NCBI GenBank assembly: GCA_965242725.1
Contig: CBDESZ010000023.1
Location: forward strand, 1-64,000
Source of the DNA: Alkalispirochaeta sp.
GTDB lineage: Bacteria; Spirochaetota; Spirochaetia; DSM-27196; Alkalispirochaetaceae
DNA: 64,000 bases
Reading direction: 5' to 3'
Part shown: positions 1 to 10,035 of the stretch, one piece after another
How the letters are laid out: each line of letters starts with the position of its first letter
How positions within the stretch are numbered: position 1 is the first letter of the stretch
The notes under the pieces: model-generated
Told to the model about the DNA's origin: nothing
Seen by the model: only the letters and a program-made list of their open reading frames with translations
The model's database searches: none
Position numbers and translations under genes: made by a program

Positions 1-2
1 CG

Positions 3-467
3 TCGTTACACAGCCTTGCCGAGGCGCTCCGGGTGCGGATCATCGATTTCTTTGAAGAGCAGCAGGAGCAGGATGTCGTGGTGGTGCGAAAGGACCAGCG
101 CCTTACCACGACGGGAGACTGCGGCTCCATGGAAAGTCTGGGCCAGGGACTGCGCAACCAGCAGTCGGAGCCCTTCATCGTGACCCTCGAGGGCGGGTGC
201 ACCGGCGACGGGCTGGGTACCAACAGCGACGGCGAAAATCGACCGATTCGCCACGCCGGTGAGGAGTTTGTCTATTGCATTTCCGGCGCCATCGAATATG
301 CGATTTCCGACATAAAATACACCCTTGAAGCGGGGGACAGCCTCATCTTTCGCGCCACTCAGCCCCACGCCTTCCGGAACGTCTCCGAAGGAGAGTCCCA
401 GTTTCTCATCGTCTTTCAGGCGGTAGAGGGAAGTCAGGAGGCGTTCCGACGCCACCTGCAGGGATGA
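3..467 (+). CDS. XRE-family HTH transcriptional regulator with C-terminal cupin domain (5' partial)
   Basis: Frame open from the window edge, reading SLHSLAEALRVRIIDFF (end of an XRE HTH), then cupin motif HAGEEFVYCISGAIEY...LEAGDSLIFRATQPHAFRN. Confidence 0.85.
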   Translation, partial: SLHSLAEALRVRIIDFFEEQQEQDVVVVRKDQRLTTTGDCGSMESLGQGLRNQQSEPFIVTLEGGCTGDGLGTNSDGENRPIRHAGEEFVYCISGAIEYAISDIKYTLEAGDSLIFRATQPHAFRNVSEGESQFLIVFQAVEGSQEAFRRHLQG

Positions 468-488
468 CCGGCAGGCGTGACCGGCGGG

Positions 489-2260
489 TCAAAACCGCCG
501 GGACAAACTGCAGGGCGGGCAGAGCGCCGCGGCGTCACACCCTCGTGTGCCCCACCGACGCACTCCCCCCGACGCACTCCCGCCCATCGTCATGAACGGT
601 GGCGCGCGATTATAGGCGCTGATGAGCGCTTTTGTACCCGCCCGATCGATATTGGCGTCAATGCCGGCGCCCCAATAGGTGCGTCCGCTGTCCACCATCT
701 GAATCTGAACGTACGCCACCGCATCGGTATCGACACCTTCACCGATTGCGTGTTCGTGAAAGTCGGTTAGCCGAAAATCCCGCCATCCCTGTCCCTTCCA
801 GGGCGTGGGCAAAGGCGCTGATCGGCCCCGTTTCCGACGCCGCCGGCTACGTACTCCCGACCGGAATGCTTGATGATCGTCTTGCAGGTGATGACGCGGT
901 TGTCCTCTTCCGAGTAATTGAAGGTCATTTTGATGACCTCCAGGGGGTAGTTGATCTGCAGAAATTCACGGTTGAATGCCTCATAGATCTCGGAGGTTGT
1001 CAGCTCACGCCCCCACTCGTCGGCGAGCTTGTTCACCAGTGTTCCCATCTCGGGGTGCATGGATTTGGGCATTTCAAAGCCGTACTCCCGGGACATGACG
1101 TAGGCGACGCCGCCTTTTCCGCTCTGGCTGTTGATACGCACGATGGACTCATAGGTCCTGCCGATATCCCGGGGATCGATGTGAAGGTAGGGGACCTCCC
1201 ACGGCGCGTCCGGGGCGACATCGTCGTTGCGACGATCCATACCTTTTTTGATTGCGTCCTGATGGGAACCGGAAAAGGCGGTAAAGACGAGCTCCCCCGC
1301 GTATGGGTGGCGGGGCGGGACGGTCATGCGGGTGCATCGCTCGTAAATGGAGCGAATCCGGGGAACGTCATGGAGGTTCAGGCCGGGATCAACGCCGTCG
1401 GCCATTCTGTTCAGCGCAACGGTGACGATATCCAGATTACCCGTGCGCTCTCCATTGCCAAAGAGTGTCCCCTCCACCCGGTCGGCGCCGGCCATGATGC
1501 CCATTTCACACGCTGCCACGCCGGTCCCACGGTCGTTATGGGTGTGCATGCTGATGATCGCCCGTTCCCGGTGTTTCATGTTCCGGCAGAACCATTCAAT
1601 CTGGTCGGCGTGTTTATGGGCGGGGATCCATTCCACCGTGTCGGGGAGATTGAGAATCATCTTCTGCTTCTCCGTCGGTCCCCATACCTCCATGACCGCC
1701 TCACAGACCTCAAGGGCGTACTCAGTCTCCGTGTCGGAAAAGCTCTCGGGAGAATACTCAAAGCGCACATTGGTGCCCTTCAGGGTCGGTACGAGCTCCT
1801 TCACCAGCTCCGTTCCCTTGACGGCGATCGCCTTGATCTCCTCTTTGCCCAGATTGAAGGTGATCTTCCGCTGGAGCGGTGATGTTGAGTTGTACAGGTG
1901 AATGATGACGTTTTTTGCCCCCTGAACGCTCTCAAAGGTGCGTCTGATCAGGGGTTCCCGCGCCTGCGTCAGAACCTGGATGAACACATCATCGGGAATC
2001 CTGTCCTCGTCGACGAGTTTCCGGACAAAGTCAAAGTCGATCTGCGACGCCGAAGGAAAACCAACTTCAATTTCCTTGAAGCCGATTTCCACAAGGAGGT
2101 CAAACATTTCAAGTTTATCCCTGACACTCATCGGTACGGCCAGCGCCTGATTGCCGTCCCTGAGGTCGACACTGCACCAGATCGGCGTCTCGGTGATCGT
2201 CCGTTCCGGCCACCGCCGATCGGGCAATTCCACGGTCTTGAATGGGGTGTATTTCGCCAT
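489..2260 (-). CDS. leuA: 2-isopropylmalate synthase (LEU4-type); two apparent +1 frameshifts near 793-795 and 826-829
   Basis: WCSVDLRDGNQAL, HTHNDRGTGVAA and RINSQSGKGG motifs. The regulatory domain (DFHEHAIGEGVDTDAVAYVQI) continues in ORF 489..812. Removing one base from each homopolymer restores GNGPISAFAHALEGQGWRDF. Confidence 0.93.
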
Positions 2261-2330
2261 CTTTTCCTCCTTCTGCGTTCTACCCTCGCGATTCCGTCAC
2301 GTGCCGTCCGTTCCTCCTCCGAAAGACAAC

Positions 2331-2368
2331 AAAAAAGCCCGCCACCGAAGGAAATCGGTAGCGGGCTT
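2331..2368 (-). terminator. Intrinsic terminator of the leuA attenuator
   Basis: Minus strand AAGCCCGCTACCGA-TTTCCT-TCGGTGGCGGGCTT-TTTT: 14-bp stem with one G-U pair plus U-tract, about 70 nt upstream of the leuA start. Confidence 0.9.
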
Positions 2369-2394
2369 ATCTGCCTGCTTCTGCCGGCGTCGAT

Positions 2395-2499
2395 CTACGA
2401 CCGACAAGGCCTTTCCGATCCCTTCCCGACTGAGGAGCCAGGTAGAGCGAGCAGGAGGCCTAGAAGAATACTGTTGGTCACGTCGTTTATACGGTCCAC
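2395..2499 (-). CDS. Leucine-rich attenuator leader peptide (M)DRINDVTNSILLGLLLALPGSSVGKGSERPCRS; alternative GTG start at 2481
   Basis: Six Leu codons within eight codons (CTT CTA ggc CTC CTG CTC gct CTA), located between a sigma70 promoter and the terminator upstream of leuA. Confidence 0.8.
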   Translation of the reverse strand: MDRINDVTNSILLGLLLALPGSSVGKGSERPCRS

Positions 2500-2505
2500 G
2501 ACCGA

Positions 2506-2534
2506 ACAATAAGAAAAGGGTTCAAAAGTGTCAA
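2506..2534 (-). promoter_or_regulatory. sigma70-type promoter of the leu leader/leuA
   Basis: TTGACA (2534-2529), 17-bp spacer, TATTGT (2511-2506). Confidence 0.75.
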
Positions 2535-2706
2535 GTCGACCTTCCTGATAATCTTTTTTTAATTGAACGCGAGCGTTACGGCGTGCCCGGCCCGCATCTC
2601 CCGAGGCATTCTACCGCCCTCGCTGCGATAGGAGAAAATCTGCGCTCGCAATCGAACAACGTGGGACCATATGCACATAACCCGTTACGGCATTACAATA
2701 TCACCC

Positions 2707-3111
2707 ATGACCCGGCAGAACATTGAAAAGAAGCTGCTGACCGTCCTCAATGATATCCCTCAGATTCGGCTCGCAATCCTGTATGGTTCCGTCGCGCGGG
2801 ATACGCACCGCCGTGACAGCGACGTCGATCTGGCCGTGGCGGGAGATTCCCGCGTTTCCCTGAGCGAAGAAGATCTCATTGATATGAGCCTGCGGTGTTC
2901 CCGTTCCGTTGGTATGGAAGTACAAGTCCGGGATATTGGCCGCTCGGACGGCCTGTTTCTTAAACAGGTGCTCACCACAGGCCGGATCCTTCTCAGTCGG
3001 GATTCCACCATTTACGGTGAACTGATAGTACGTATGCTGGACTTTGCGACGGATATGCTCCCCAATATACGGATGATCCACCGTCGCAACGAGGAGTATT
3101 TTTATGCCTGA
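2707..3111 (+). CDS. MntA-like minimal nucleotidyltransferase (type VII TA antitoxin)
   Basis: LYGSVARDTHRRDSDVDLAV matches GS-x10-DxD; overlaps the downstream DUF86-like start. Confidence 0.85.
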   Translation: MTRQNIEKKLLTVLNDIPQIRLAILYGSVARDTHRRDSDVDLAVAGDSRVSLSEEDLIDMSLRCSRSVGMEVQVRDIGRSDGLFLKQVLTTGRILLSRDSTIYGELIVRMLDFATDMLPNIRMIHRRNEEYFYA

Positions 3112-3268
3112 TCGGGATCTTCTCGGTACAAAACTTACGTCATTGCGGCGCTGCCTTGAAAGAATAACTGCCCATACCCCAAAAAGTGCCGACGCTCTCG
3201 TGTCAAATTACGACGCCCAGGACATCATATCCCTGAACCTCCAACGTGCGGTGCTTGCGTCACGATGA
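3104..3268 (+). pseudogene. Truncated HepT/DUF86 (HEPN) toxin, 54 aa
   Basis: MPDRDLLGTKLTSLRRCLERITAHTPKSADALVSNYDAQDIISLNLQRAVLASR*: DUF86-like N-terminus that stops before the R-x4-H catalytic motif. Confidence 0.75.
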
Positions 3269-3692
3269 TGCGTACATTTCAATAGCGACTTTTTGTCGGT
3301 TTCTGCCTACGGACCCGACACCGGCAGCATACCGGGCTCTTCTCCCGCAGCACATATAGCTGACTTCGTCCCGACCGAACGCGTACTCCCCATCATCCGT
3401 TTCCACCGCCTGGGCGAGATCGGCATGGTGCAAATTCAAGATTAAACTTTGGAATTGATACCTCGTCGAATCGCCGAACCGTGTCGCGCCTCCGCAGGCG
3501 TTCCTATCGGAGTATCCACGCGATGCGATGTCTGATGAGTTTCAGCGGGTGAACATGCTGCCTCGAGGATGATGGTCACGCGCCTCGGACCGGTTGGCTC
3601 AAGACAGGTGTGGCTGCGGCACCCCAGAACGCTGGCGTTCAATATAAAAAAAGATACGTGACAACACGCCCCCTTTTGTGGAAAATCACCCA

Positions 3693-5720
3693 ATGGCGTA
3701 TGTGAACACTCTCTTCAATCGCAACTTTCTGGAATACGCGAGCTATGTCATCAAGGACCGTGCGATTCCCCATCTGGACGATGGCCTCAAGCCGGTGCAG
3801 CGGCGCATCCTTCACACCCTCCTGGAAATTGACGACGGCAAGTTCCACAAGGTTGCCAACGTCGTCGGCCACGCCATGAAGTATCACCCCCACGGGGATG
3901 CCTCCATTTATGAGGCCCTGGTCGTCCTTGCCAACAAGGAACTGTTCATCGATACCCAGGGGAACTTCGGCAATATTTACACCGGCGACTCCGCCTCGGC
4001 GGCCCGCTATATCGAGTGCCGCATTGACGCGATCGCCCGGGAGATCCTCTGGCGGCCGGAGCTTACCACCTATACCGACAGCTACGACGGCCGCAACCGG
4101 GAACCCGTGGTCTTTCCCGCCAAGATTCCCCTCGTCCTCATCCTCGGCGCCGAGGGCATCGCCGTGGGCATGTCCACCCGCATTCTGCCCCACAACTTCC
4201 GGGAGGTGATCGAGGCGCTGCAGGCGCAGCTCCGGGGCGAGAAGGTTGAGCTCTATCCCGACTTCCCCACGGCGGGACTCCTGGACGTCTCGGAGTACGC
4301 CGACGGGCAGGGGAAAGTCCTTGTCCGGGCAAAGCTTGATACCTCCGACGAGAAGCGCATCGTCATTCGGGAGGTGCCCTTCGGTACCACCACGGAAAGC
4401 CTCATGAATTCAATCGAGACGGCGGCGAAGCGGGGCAAGATCAAGGTTGCCCAGATCAGTGACTACACGTCGGAACACGTGGAGATCGAGATCAAGCTTC
4501 CCCGGGGCGTCTACACCCAGGACGTGGTGGACGGGCTCTTTGCCTTTACCGACTGCGAGCAGTCAATTTCGGTCAACCTCCTCGTCATTGACGGGGACAA
4601 GCCGCGGCTCATGACGGTGAGCGAGGTGATCGCCCACCACGCCAAACGTCTGGTGAAACTCCTCAAACGGGAGCTTGAACATGAGCGGGAGACGCTCATG
4701 GAGCGCCTCCACATGCGCACCCTTGAGCGTATCTTTGTGGAGGAGCGCATTTACAAGCGTATCGAAGAGGAGCGCACCCAGGAGGGCGTCCAGGAGGCGG
4801 TGCGTACCGGATTTGAGCCCTTCAAGAAGGAGCTCATCCGGCCCATCACCGACGAGGACATCGAGCGGCTCCTGAAAATCCCGATTCGCCGGATCTCGCT
4901 GTATGACATCGAGAAGAACCGGGAAGAGGTGGAACAGATTCGGGCGCGCCTGGATGAGATAAAGAAGCATCTGAAGAACCTCACTGCCTACGCCCTCGCA
5001 TTTCTTGACGGCGTGCTTGAAAAACACGGCCACCGTTTTCCCCGGAAGACGGAGATCACCGGTTTCAGTCGCGTCGACGTAAGGGAAGCGGCGGCGCGGG
5101 ACCGTACACTCCTGTACGACCCGGAGACGGGGTATCTGGGCACCGATCTGGGCAACCTGACCCGGTCTGCGGCGGGAAGTACCGGCAACGGTGGTAACGG
5201 AGGGGACTCAAAGGCTGCCCCCGGTGAGACCGGCGGCGCTCGCGGCGGCGTCCGGGAGCTGGAAAAGGTCTCTCCCTATGACCGCATTCTCGTCATCGGC
5301 GGCGACGGAAAGTACCGCGTCATGGACGTGCCGGAGCGCCTCTTTGTCGGCAAGGGCATGCTCTACGCCGGCCTCGCCGACAAGGATGCCCTGGCGGAAC
5401 GGGTCTTTTCCGTCGTCTATCGGAACGCCGACGGCTCCACCTATCTCAAGCGGTGCCGGATCGAGCAGTACATTCTCGAAAAGGAATACGATCTCGTACC
5501 TGAAGGGGCCCGGCCGCTTCTTCTGACGACCCGAGACAACGTGGTCGCCCGTCTGCGCTACAAAAAGAAACCGCGCATGCAAAAGCTGGAGGAGGACTTC
5601 GTGGTGGACGACTACCTCGTCAAGGGTGCCCGCGCTGCCGGCGTGCGCCTCTCCACCAAAGAGGTGAGTTCCGTAAAGCTTCTGGCCAACCGCGCCAATA
5701 CGGGACGCAGGCAGAGCTGA
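3693..5720 (+). CDS. parC: DNA topoisomerase IV subunit A
   Basis: DGLKPVQRRIL, YHPHGDASI, catalytic AARYIE; short C-terminal domain with no GyrA-box. Confidence 0.88.
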   Translation: MAYVNTLFNRNFLEYASYVIKDRAIPHLDDGLKPVQRRILHTLLEIDDGKFHKVANVVGHAMKYHPHGDASIYEALVVLANKELFIDTQGNFGNIYTGDSASAARYIECRIDAIAREILWRPELTTYTDSYDGRNREPVVFPAKIPLVLILGAEGIAVGMSTRILPHNFREVIEALQAQLRGEKVELYPDFPTAGLLDVSEYADGQGKVLVRAKLDTSDEKRIVIREVPFGTTTESLMNSIETAAKRGKIKVAQISDYTSEHVEIEIKLPRGVYTQDVVDGLFAFTDCEQSISVNLLVIDGDKPRLMTVSEVIAHHAKRLVKLLKRELEHERETLMERLHMRTLERIFVEERIYKRIEEERTQEGVQEAVRTGFEPFKKELIRPITDEDIERLLKIPIRRISLYDIEKNREEVEQIRARLDEIKKHLKNLTAYALAFLDGVLEKHGHRFPRKTEITGFSRVDVREAAARDRTLLYDPETGYLGTDLGNLTRSAAGSTGNGGNGGDSKAAPGETGGARGGVRELEKVSPYDRILVIGGDGKYRVMDVPERLFVGKGMLYAGLADKDALAERVFSVVYRNADGSTYLKRCRIEQYILEKEYDLVPEGARPLLLTTRDNVVARLRYKKKPRMQKLEEDFVVDDYLVKGARAAGVRLSTKEVSSVKLLANRANTGRRQS

Positions 5721-5832
5721 TCGGGTCCGGGCCATCCGGTTTTCCTGAATATATCTTGAACTCGCGTTCTGCGGAGCCATGATTCCGCCCACCGACCGCC
5801 CCGGATCGGTTTGCTTTGTGGTACCATACGCC

Positions 5833-6582
5833 ATGGCACTTCAACAACGACCGCCTGTGGGCATTATCGGTGGTATGAGCTGGGAGTCCACCGTCACCTA
5901 CTATCAGCAAATCAACCGGGGCTATCACGCCCGCCGGGGAGGCCACCACTCGGCGCCCCTTCTCATTCATTCTGTGGATTTTGGACCCATCGAGGAGATG
6001 CAGCGGGCGGGCGACTGGGCGGGTACGGCCCGCATCCTGGCGGAAGCCGCCCGCGGCCTGGAAATGGCGGGGGCGGGGGTACTCCTCCTGGCGACCAATA
6101 CGATGCATCTCGTCTTTGACGACCTCGTTGCCGCCACGACGCTCCCCTGGATACATATCGCCGACGCCTGCGGCGACGCGCTGCGACGTGACGGCCGCCG
6201 GCGGGTGGGGCTTCTGGGTACCCGGTTCACCATGGAGCAGGATTTTTATCGGCACCGTCTCACCGGCGGGCACGGGCTGGAGATCCTTGTGCCCGATTCG
6301 GATGAACGCCGGGAAATAGACCGCATCATCTTTGACGAGCTCGTTCATGGGACGATCCGCCGGGAGAGCCGCTCCGTGTATATGGATGTGATCAATGGAC
6401 TCGCCGCCAGGGGCGCCGAGGCGGTCATTCTCGGCTGCACGGAAATCGGGCTCCTTGTCGGTGACGGTCCGGAATCCGCCGCTCCTACCGATTCGCCCGC
6501 GGAAGTGCCGTCGCTCCCCCTCTACGATACCGCTGTGATACACGCCACGGCGGCGGTGGAGTGGCTTCTTCAGTCAACGTGA
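5833..6582 (+). CDS. Aspartate/glutamate racemase family protein (YgeA/RacX-like)
   Basis: GIIGGMSWEST, LATNTMH and ILGCTEI motifs. Confidence 0.9.
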   Translation: MALQQRPPVGIIGGMSWESTVTYYQQINRGYHARRGGHHSAPLLIHSVDFGPIEEMQRAGDWAGTARILAEAARGLEMAGAGVLLLATNTMHLVFDDLVAATTLPWIHIADACGDALRRDGRRRVGLLGTRFTMEQDFYRHRLTGGHGLEILVPDSDERREIDRIIFDELVHGTIRRESRSVYMDVINGLAARGAEAVILGCTEIGLLVGDGPESAAPTDSPAEVPSLPLYDTAVIHATAAVEWLLQST

Positions 6583-6623
6583 TGATCCGCCGCGGGCCGA
6601 ATAACCGCGAACAACCACTATAG

Positions 6624-6652
6624 TTGACGAGGAACCATTAAAGTAATACGTT
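6624..6652 (+). promoter_or_regulatory. Putative sigma70 promoter of the flavin oxidoreductase
   Basis: TTGACG, 17-bp spacer, TACGTT. Confidence 0.5.
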
Positions 6653-6731
6653 GATCCATACACAAACCCTCTACCCCGGCAGCTTCCGTCGCCTTTCCCT
6701 TTGACGGATACACAGCCGGAAAGGACGCACT

Positions 6732-8081
6732 ATGGAAAAGACGGATGTACTGGTGATCGGCGGGAGCGCCGCAGGGCTGGTCGCGGCACAGGTAGCCCGG
6801 GCCAAATTTTCGGAAAAGGACGTGCTTGTGGTCAGGGATACCCGGACTGCCCTCATCCCCTGCGCGATACCCTACGTGTTCGGAGAGATCGGCAGCACCG
6901 ACAACAATATCCTTCCCGACGGACTCGCCACAAAAAACGGTGCCCGCGTCCTCATCGACAAGGTAGTGACAATCGACCGGGACAACAAGCGATGTACGAC
7001 CGAGGGAGGAAAGACTGTTGCGTATGAAAAGCTTATCATCGCCACGGGATCCCGACCAAAAGTCCCGGGATGGCTGAAAGGGACGGATCTTAAAAACGTC
7101 TTCACCGTGCCCAAGAACAAGGACTACATCGACGGCATGGTGCGGCAGTTGAAACCAAACTCCCGAGTGGCCGTCATCGGAGCGGGGTTTATCGGTGTGG
7201 AGTTGGCGGATCAGTTGCGCAAGCTCCCGATGGAAGTGTACCTCGTCGAGGTGCTGCCCCATATACTCGGCGCTGCCTTTGACGAGCCCATCGCCCATGA
7301 GGCGGAAGAGATGCTCACCAAAGAAGGTATAGTCCTCAAGACGGGGCAGGGCGTGAAGGAACTCGTCGGTGATCCTGCGGGCAATGTGCAAAGCGTAGTC
7401 CTCACCAATGGGGAAACCCTGGACGTGGATGGGGTCATCCTTTCAATGGGCTATGCACCGGAGACACAACTAGCCGCCGCAGCGGGGCTGCCCGTCAACG
7501 ATCACGGCTTTATCGTTGTCGACGAGTACATGCGCACCGCCGACCCCGATGTACTCGCCGTGGGCGACTGTGCGGAGAAGCGTGATTTTATCACCCGACG
7601 CCTCAGCGGAGTAATGCTCGCATCCACGGCGTGTGCGGAAGCGCGGGTCGCCGCAATGAATCTCTACAACCTCTGTTCCGTCAAGGCGTTTAACGGCACC
7701 ATCGCCGTGTACTCCACCGCAATCAATGGAACGGGATTCGGTACTGCGGGGATAACCGCCGCCGCGGCGGAACAGGCGGGCTTTCAGATCGTCGTCGGCT
7801 CTTTTACCGGTATGGACCGCCACCCTGGTTCGCTCGCAGGCGCCCACAAACAGACGGTTCGTCTGGTCGTGGCGAAAAACTGCGGTACCATCATCGGCGG
7901 CGGTGTGATCGGCGGCGAGAGCGCCGGTGAGCTGACCAACGTCCTTGGATTGGCGATTCAAAACCGCATGAGCGTCATGGATCTTCTGACGACGCAAATA
8001 GGTACGCAGCCCTGTCTTACGGCGTCTCCCGCAGCGTATCCGCTTATAAAGGCGGCGGAAGCCGCGTGGGATAAGATGTAG
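6732..8081 (+). CDS. FAD-dependent pyridine nucleotide-disulfide oxidoreductase (NADH oxidase/CoA-disulfide reductase family)
   Basis: VIGGSAAG, single redox Cys in IPCAIPY, IATGS, VIGAGFIGVE, AVGDC, C-terminal dimerisation domain. Confidence 0.88.
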   Translation: MEKTDVLVIGGSAAGLVAAQVARAKFSEKDVLVVRDTRTALIPCAIPYVFGEIGSTDNNILPDGLATKNGARVLIDKVVTIDRDNKRCTTEGGKTVAYEKLIIATGSRPKVPGWLKGTDLKNVFTVPKNKDYIDGMVRQLKPNSRVAVIGAGFIGVELADQLRKLPMEVYLVEVLPHILGAAFDEPIAHEAEEMLTKEGIVLKTGQGVKELVGDPAGNVQSVVLTNGETLDVDGVILSMGYAPETQLAAAAGLPVNDHGFIVVDEYMRTADPDVLAVGDCAEKRDFITRRLSGVMLASTACAEARVAAMNLYNLCSVKAFNGTIAVYSTAINGTGFGTAGITAAAAEQAGFQIVVGSFTGMDRHPGSLAGAHKQTVRLVVAKNCGTIIGGGVIGGESAGELTNVLGLAIQNRMSVMDLLTTQIGTQPCLTASPAAYPLIKAAEAAWDKM

Positions 8082-8187
8082 AGATCTTGACGCCGATTCT
8101 CCAACGGCGGCGTCCGCGTTCTATCGTTCTCCGTCATCGCAGCTGCGGGCGTTGACGGGACGATCCGGCTACGCTACTGTCCGATTC

Positions 8188-8805
8188 ATGGCCGCCCAGA
8201 TAATTACCGTCTTCCTTACCGTGCTGATTCTCATCGATCCCCTCGGGTTGATACCGATCTTTATCTCCCTGACCCAGGACATGTCGTCCCGGGAGCGGAA
8301 GAAGACGATGGTCAAATCGGTGACGGTCGCCTTTTTCATACTTTCATTTTTCATCGTTGCAGGAGAAAGAATACTTCAGTTTCTCGGTATCATGCCGGGC
8401 TCCTTTTTTATCGCCGGCGGAATTCTCTTTTTCATAATCTCCCTGGACCTGCTCCTGGGACACCGTCAGCGGACAAAGACCTCCCGCCGTGAGATGGAGC
8501 AGCGCGAGGACTATTCAGTCTTTCCCCTGGCGGTTCCGATCCTTGCCGGTCCCGGGACGATCACCACCATCATTATCTATTCGGTAGAATCGGCGGATCC
8601 CCTCTTTACCGCTCTTGTTCTCTTTGGAGCGGTGATTACCGCCCTGTCGGTCTCTCTCGTGACCATGGCCGCGAGTGACCAGATTCTCAAGCTTCTGCGG
8701 GAGACGGGAGTGTCCGTTGTGCAGCGTCTCATGGGACTGATCCTCTCTGCACTGGCGGTTCAGTTCATCTTTGACGGTCTGGTCAAGCTGGGCGTTCTTG
8801 CCTGA
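8188..8805 (+). CDS. MarC family inner membrane protein
   Basis: IDPLG, VFPLAVPILAGPGTI and RLMGLILSALAVQFI motifs; hydrophobic segments. Confidence 0.9.
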   Translation: MAAQIITVFLTVLILIDPLGLIPIFISLTQDMSSRERKKTMVKSVTVAFFILSFFIVAGERILQFLGIMPGSFFIAGGILFFIISLDLLLGHRQRTKTSRREMEQREDYSVFPLAVPILAGPGTITTIIIYSVESADPLFTALVLFGAVITALSVSLVTMAASDQILKLLRETGVSVVQRLMGLILSALAVQFIFDGLVKLGVLA

Positions 8806-8826
8806 GGGACCGGAGAAAAGACGCGG

Positions 8827-10035
8827 TCATCGCAAATCCCGCGTCTCCGGTGCCCAGATCGCGACCACCCCAACGCCCACTGCTCCCACTGCGGCGGTGA
8901 TCGCCACCGCCGGAGCGAGCGCAAGGAACGCCGCAAGGGTTCCCACCAGTACGGGGCCCGCGGCGCTCCCCAGGTCCCCGTAGAGTCGCCAGAGACCGAG
9001 AAACTCCGCCACAGCCCCGTCCGGTGCGAGGTCGGCGCCGGTGGTCATATTGATTCCCGCTCCAAGACCGTTTCCCACGCCGATCACCGCGGCAACGGCG
9101 ATAAAAAGGGGCATGCTTCGGGCGGGGAGCAATAACAGGAGGCCAATACTGAACACGGTGAGGCTCACGCCGATTGCCGCTTTCCTGCCGAGGCTGTCCG
9201 AAATGATTCCGGCCGGGATAAACAGGAGCAGATCTGCGGCTGCGCCGATACTCATGGCAAAACCGATAAGGGTAGGGGAGAGGCCGTTGGCCGTTCCCCA
9301 GAGGGGTATGACCATTTCCCGTGAGGACCGGAGGATTGAAAGTACGAGAATACCAAATCCGACGGTGAGAACGGCGTACCAGCGATCACGTAATCCCCTG
9401 TGCAGGAGCGTAAAGGATCTTCCTCGCCGGGCCGGTACCGATCGATCCCGCCTTTCGTCGGGTGGCATACCCAGGGTGAACGAGATCAGTCCCGCCACAA
9501 ATCCGATGATTCGGAGAATGAAAATGGCGGGAACCCCGAAAATATCGGCGACAACACCTCCCGCAACGGGTCCGATGAGCATGCCGATGCGCAACGCACC
9601 GCCGACACCGGATAGAGCCCGTCCGCGGAACTCCGGAGGGACTCTCATCCGCACCGTCGCCATGACCGTCGTTACCAGTATTGACGTTGAAAAGCCGGAC
9701 ATAAAGGTGAAGCAGGCGATGAAGGGGAGGCTTCGCGACCAGATGAGTGCGGCGTTGGCGCCGATGGTCACGATGTAGGAGAAAACTGTCACTCGTCGCA
9801 ATCCCCATGCTGCGAGAATGAATCCCCCCGGGACGTCGCTTACTACCTGACCGATTCCCTTCATCGCCACGATAAGTCCGACGGCACCGACCCCCGCACC
9901 GAGACCACCGAGATACTGTGGGAACGCCGGCGTCAACGCGGACCACGAAAATGCGAGAAAAAGAATGGGAAGATATGCAGGTGCCGCGAGACGTCGAAAA
10001 AGTGTCGCCAGAGGGATTGCCGACGATTCCATCAT
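8827..10035 (-). CDS. MFS transporter
   Basis: About 12 TM segments; GIISDSLGRK MFS motif. Confidence 0.85.
   Translation of the reverse strand: MMESSAIPLATLFRRLAAPAYLPILFLAFSWSALTPAFPQYLGGLGAGVGAVGLIVAMKGIGQVVSDVPGGFILAAWGLRRVTVFSYIVTIGANAALIWSRSLPFIACFTFMSGFSTSILVTTVMATVRMRVPPEFRGRALSGVGGALRIGMLIGPVAGGVVADIFGVPAIFILRIIGFVAGLISFTLGMPPDERRDRSVPARRGRSFTLLHRGLRDRWYAVLTVGFGILVLSILRSSREMVIPLWGTANGLSPTLIGFAMSIGAAADLLLFIPAGIISDSLGRKAAIGVSLTVFSIGLLLLLPARSMPLFIAVAAVIGVGNGLGAGINMTTGADLAPDGAVAEFLGLWRLYGDLGSAAGPVLVGTLAAFLALAPAVAITAAVGAVGVGVVAIWAPETRDLR

Noticed and set aside
555..581. CCGACGCACTCCC direct repeat at the leuA 3' end
   Set aside because: Only two adjacent copies with no spacers; not CRISPR or an IS end
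632..1882. 416-aa plus-strand ORF, and similar shadows over dhaK, hisS and cdaA
   Set aside because: Antisense to well-supported genes
3270..3690. Short minus-strand ORFs between the toxin remnant and parC
   Set aside because: No recognisable motif, SD or consistent frame; cannot be supported as genes
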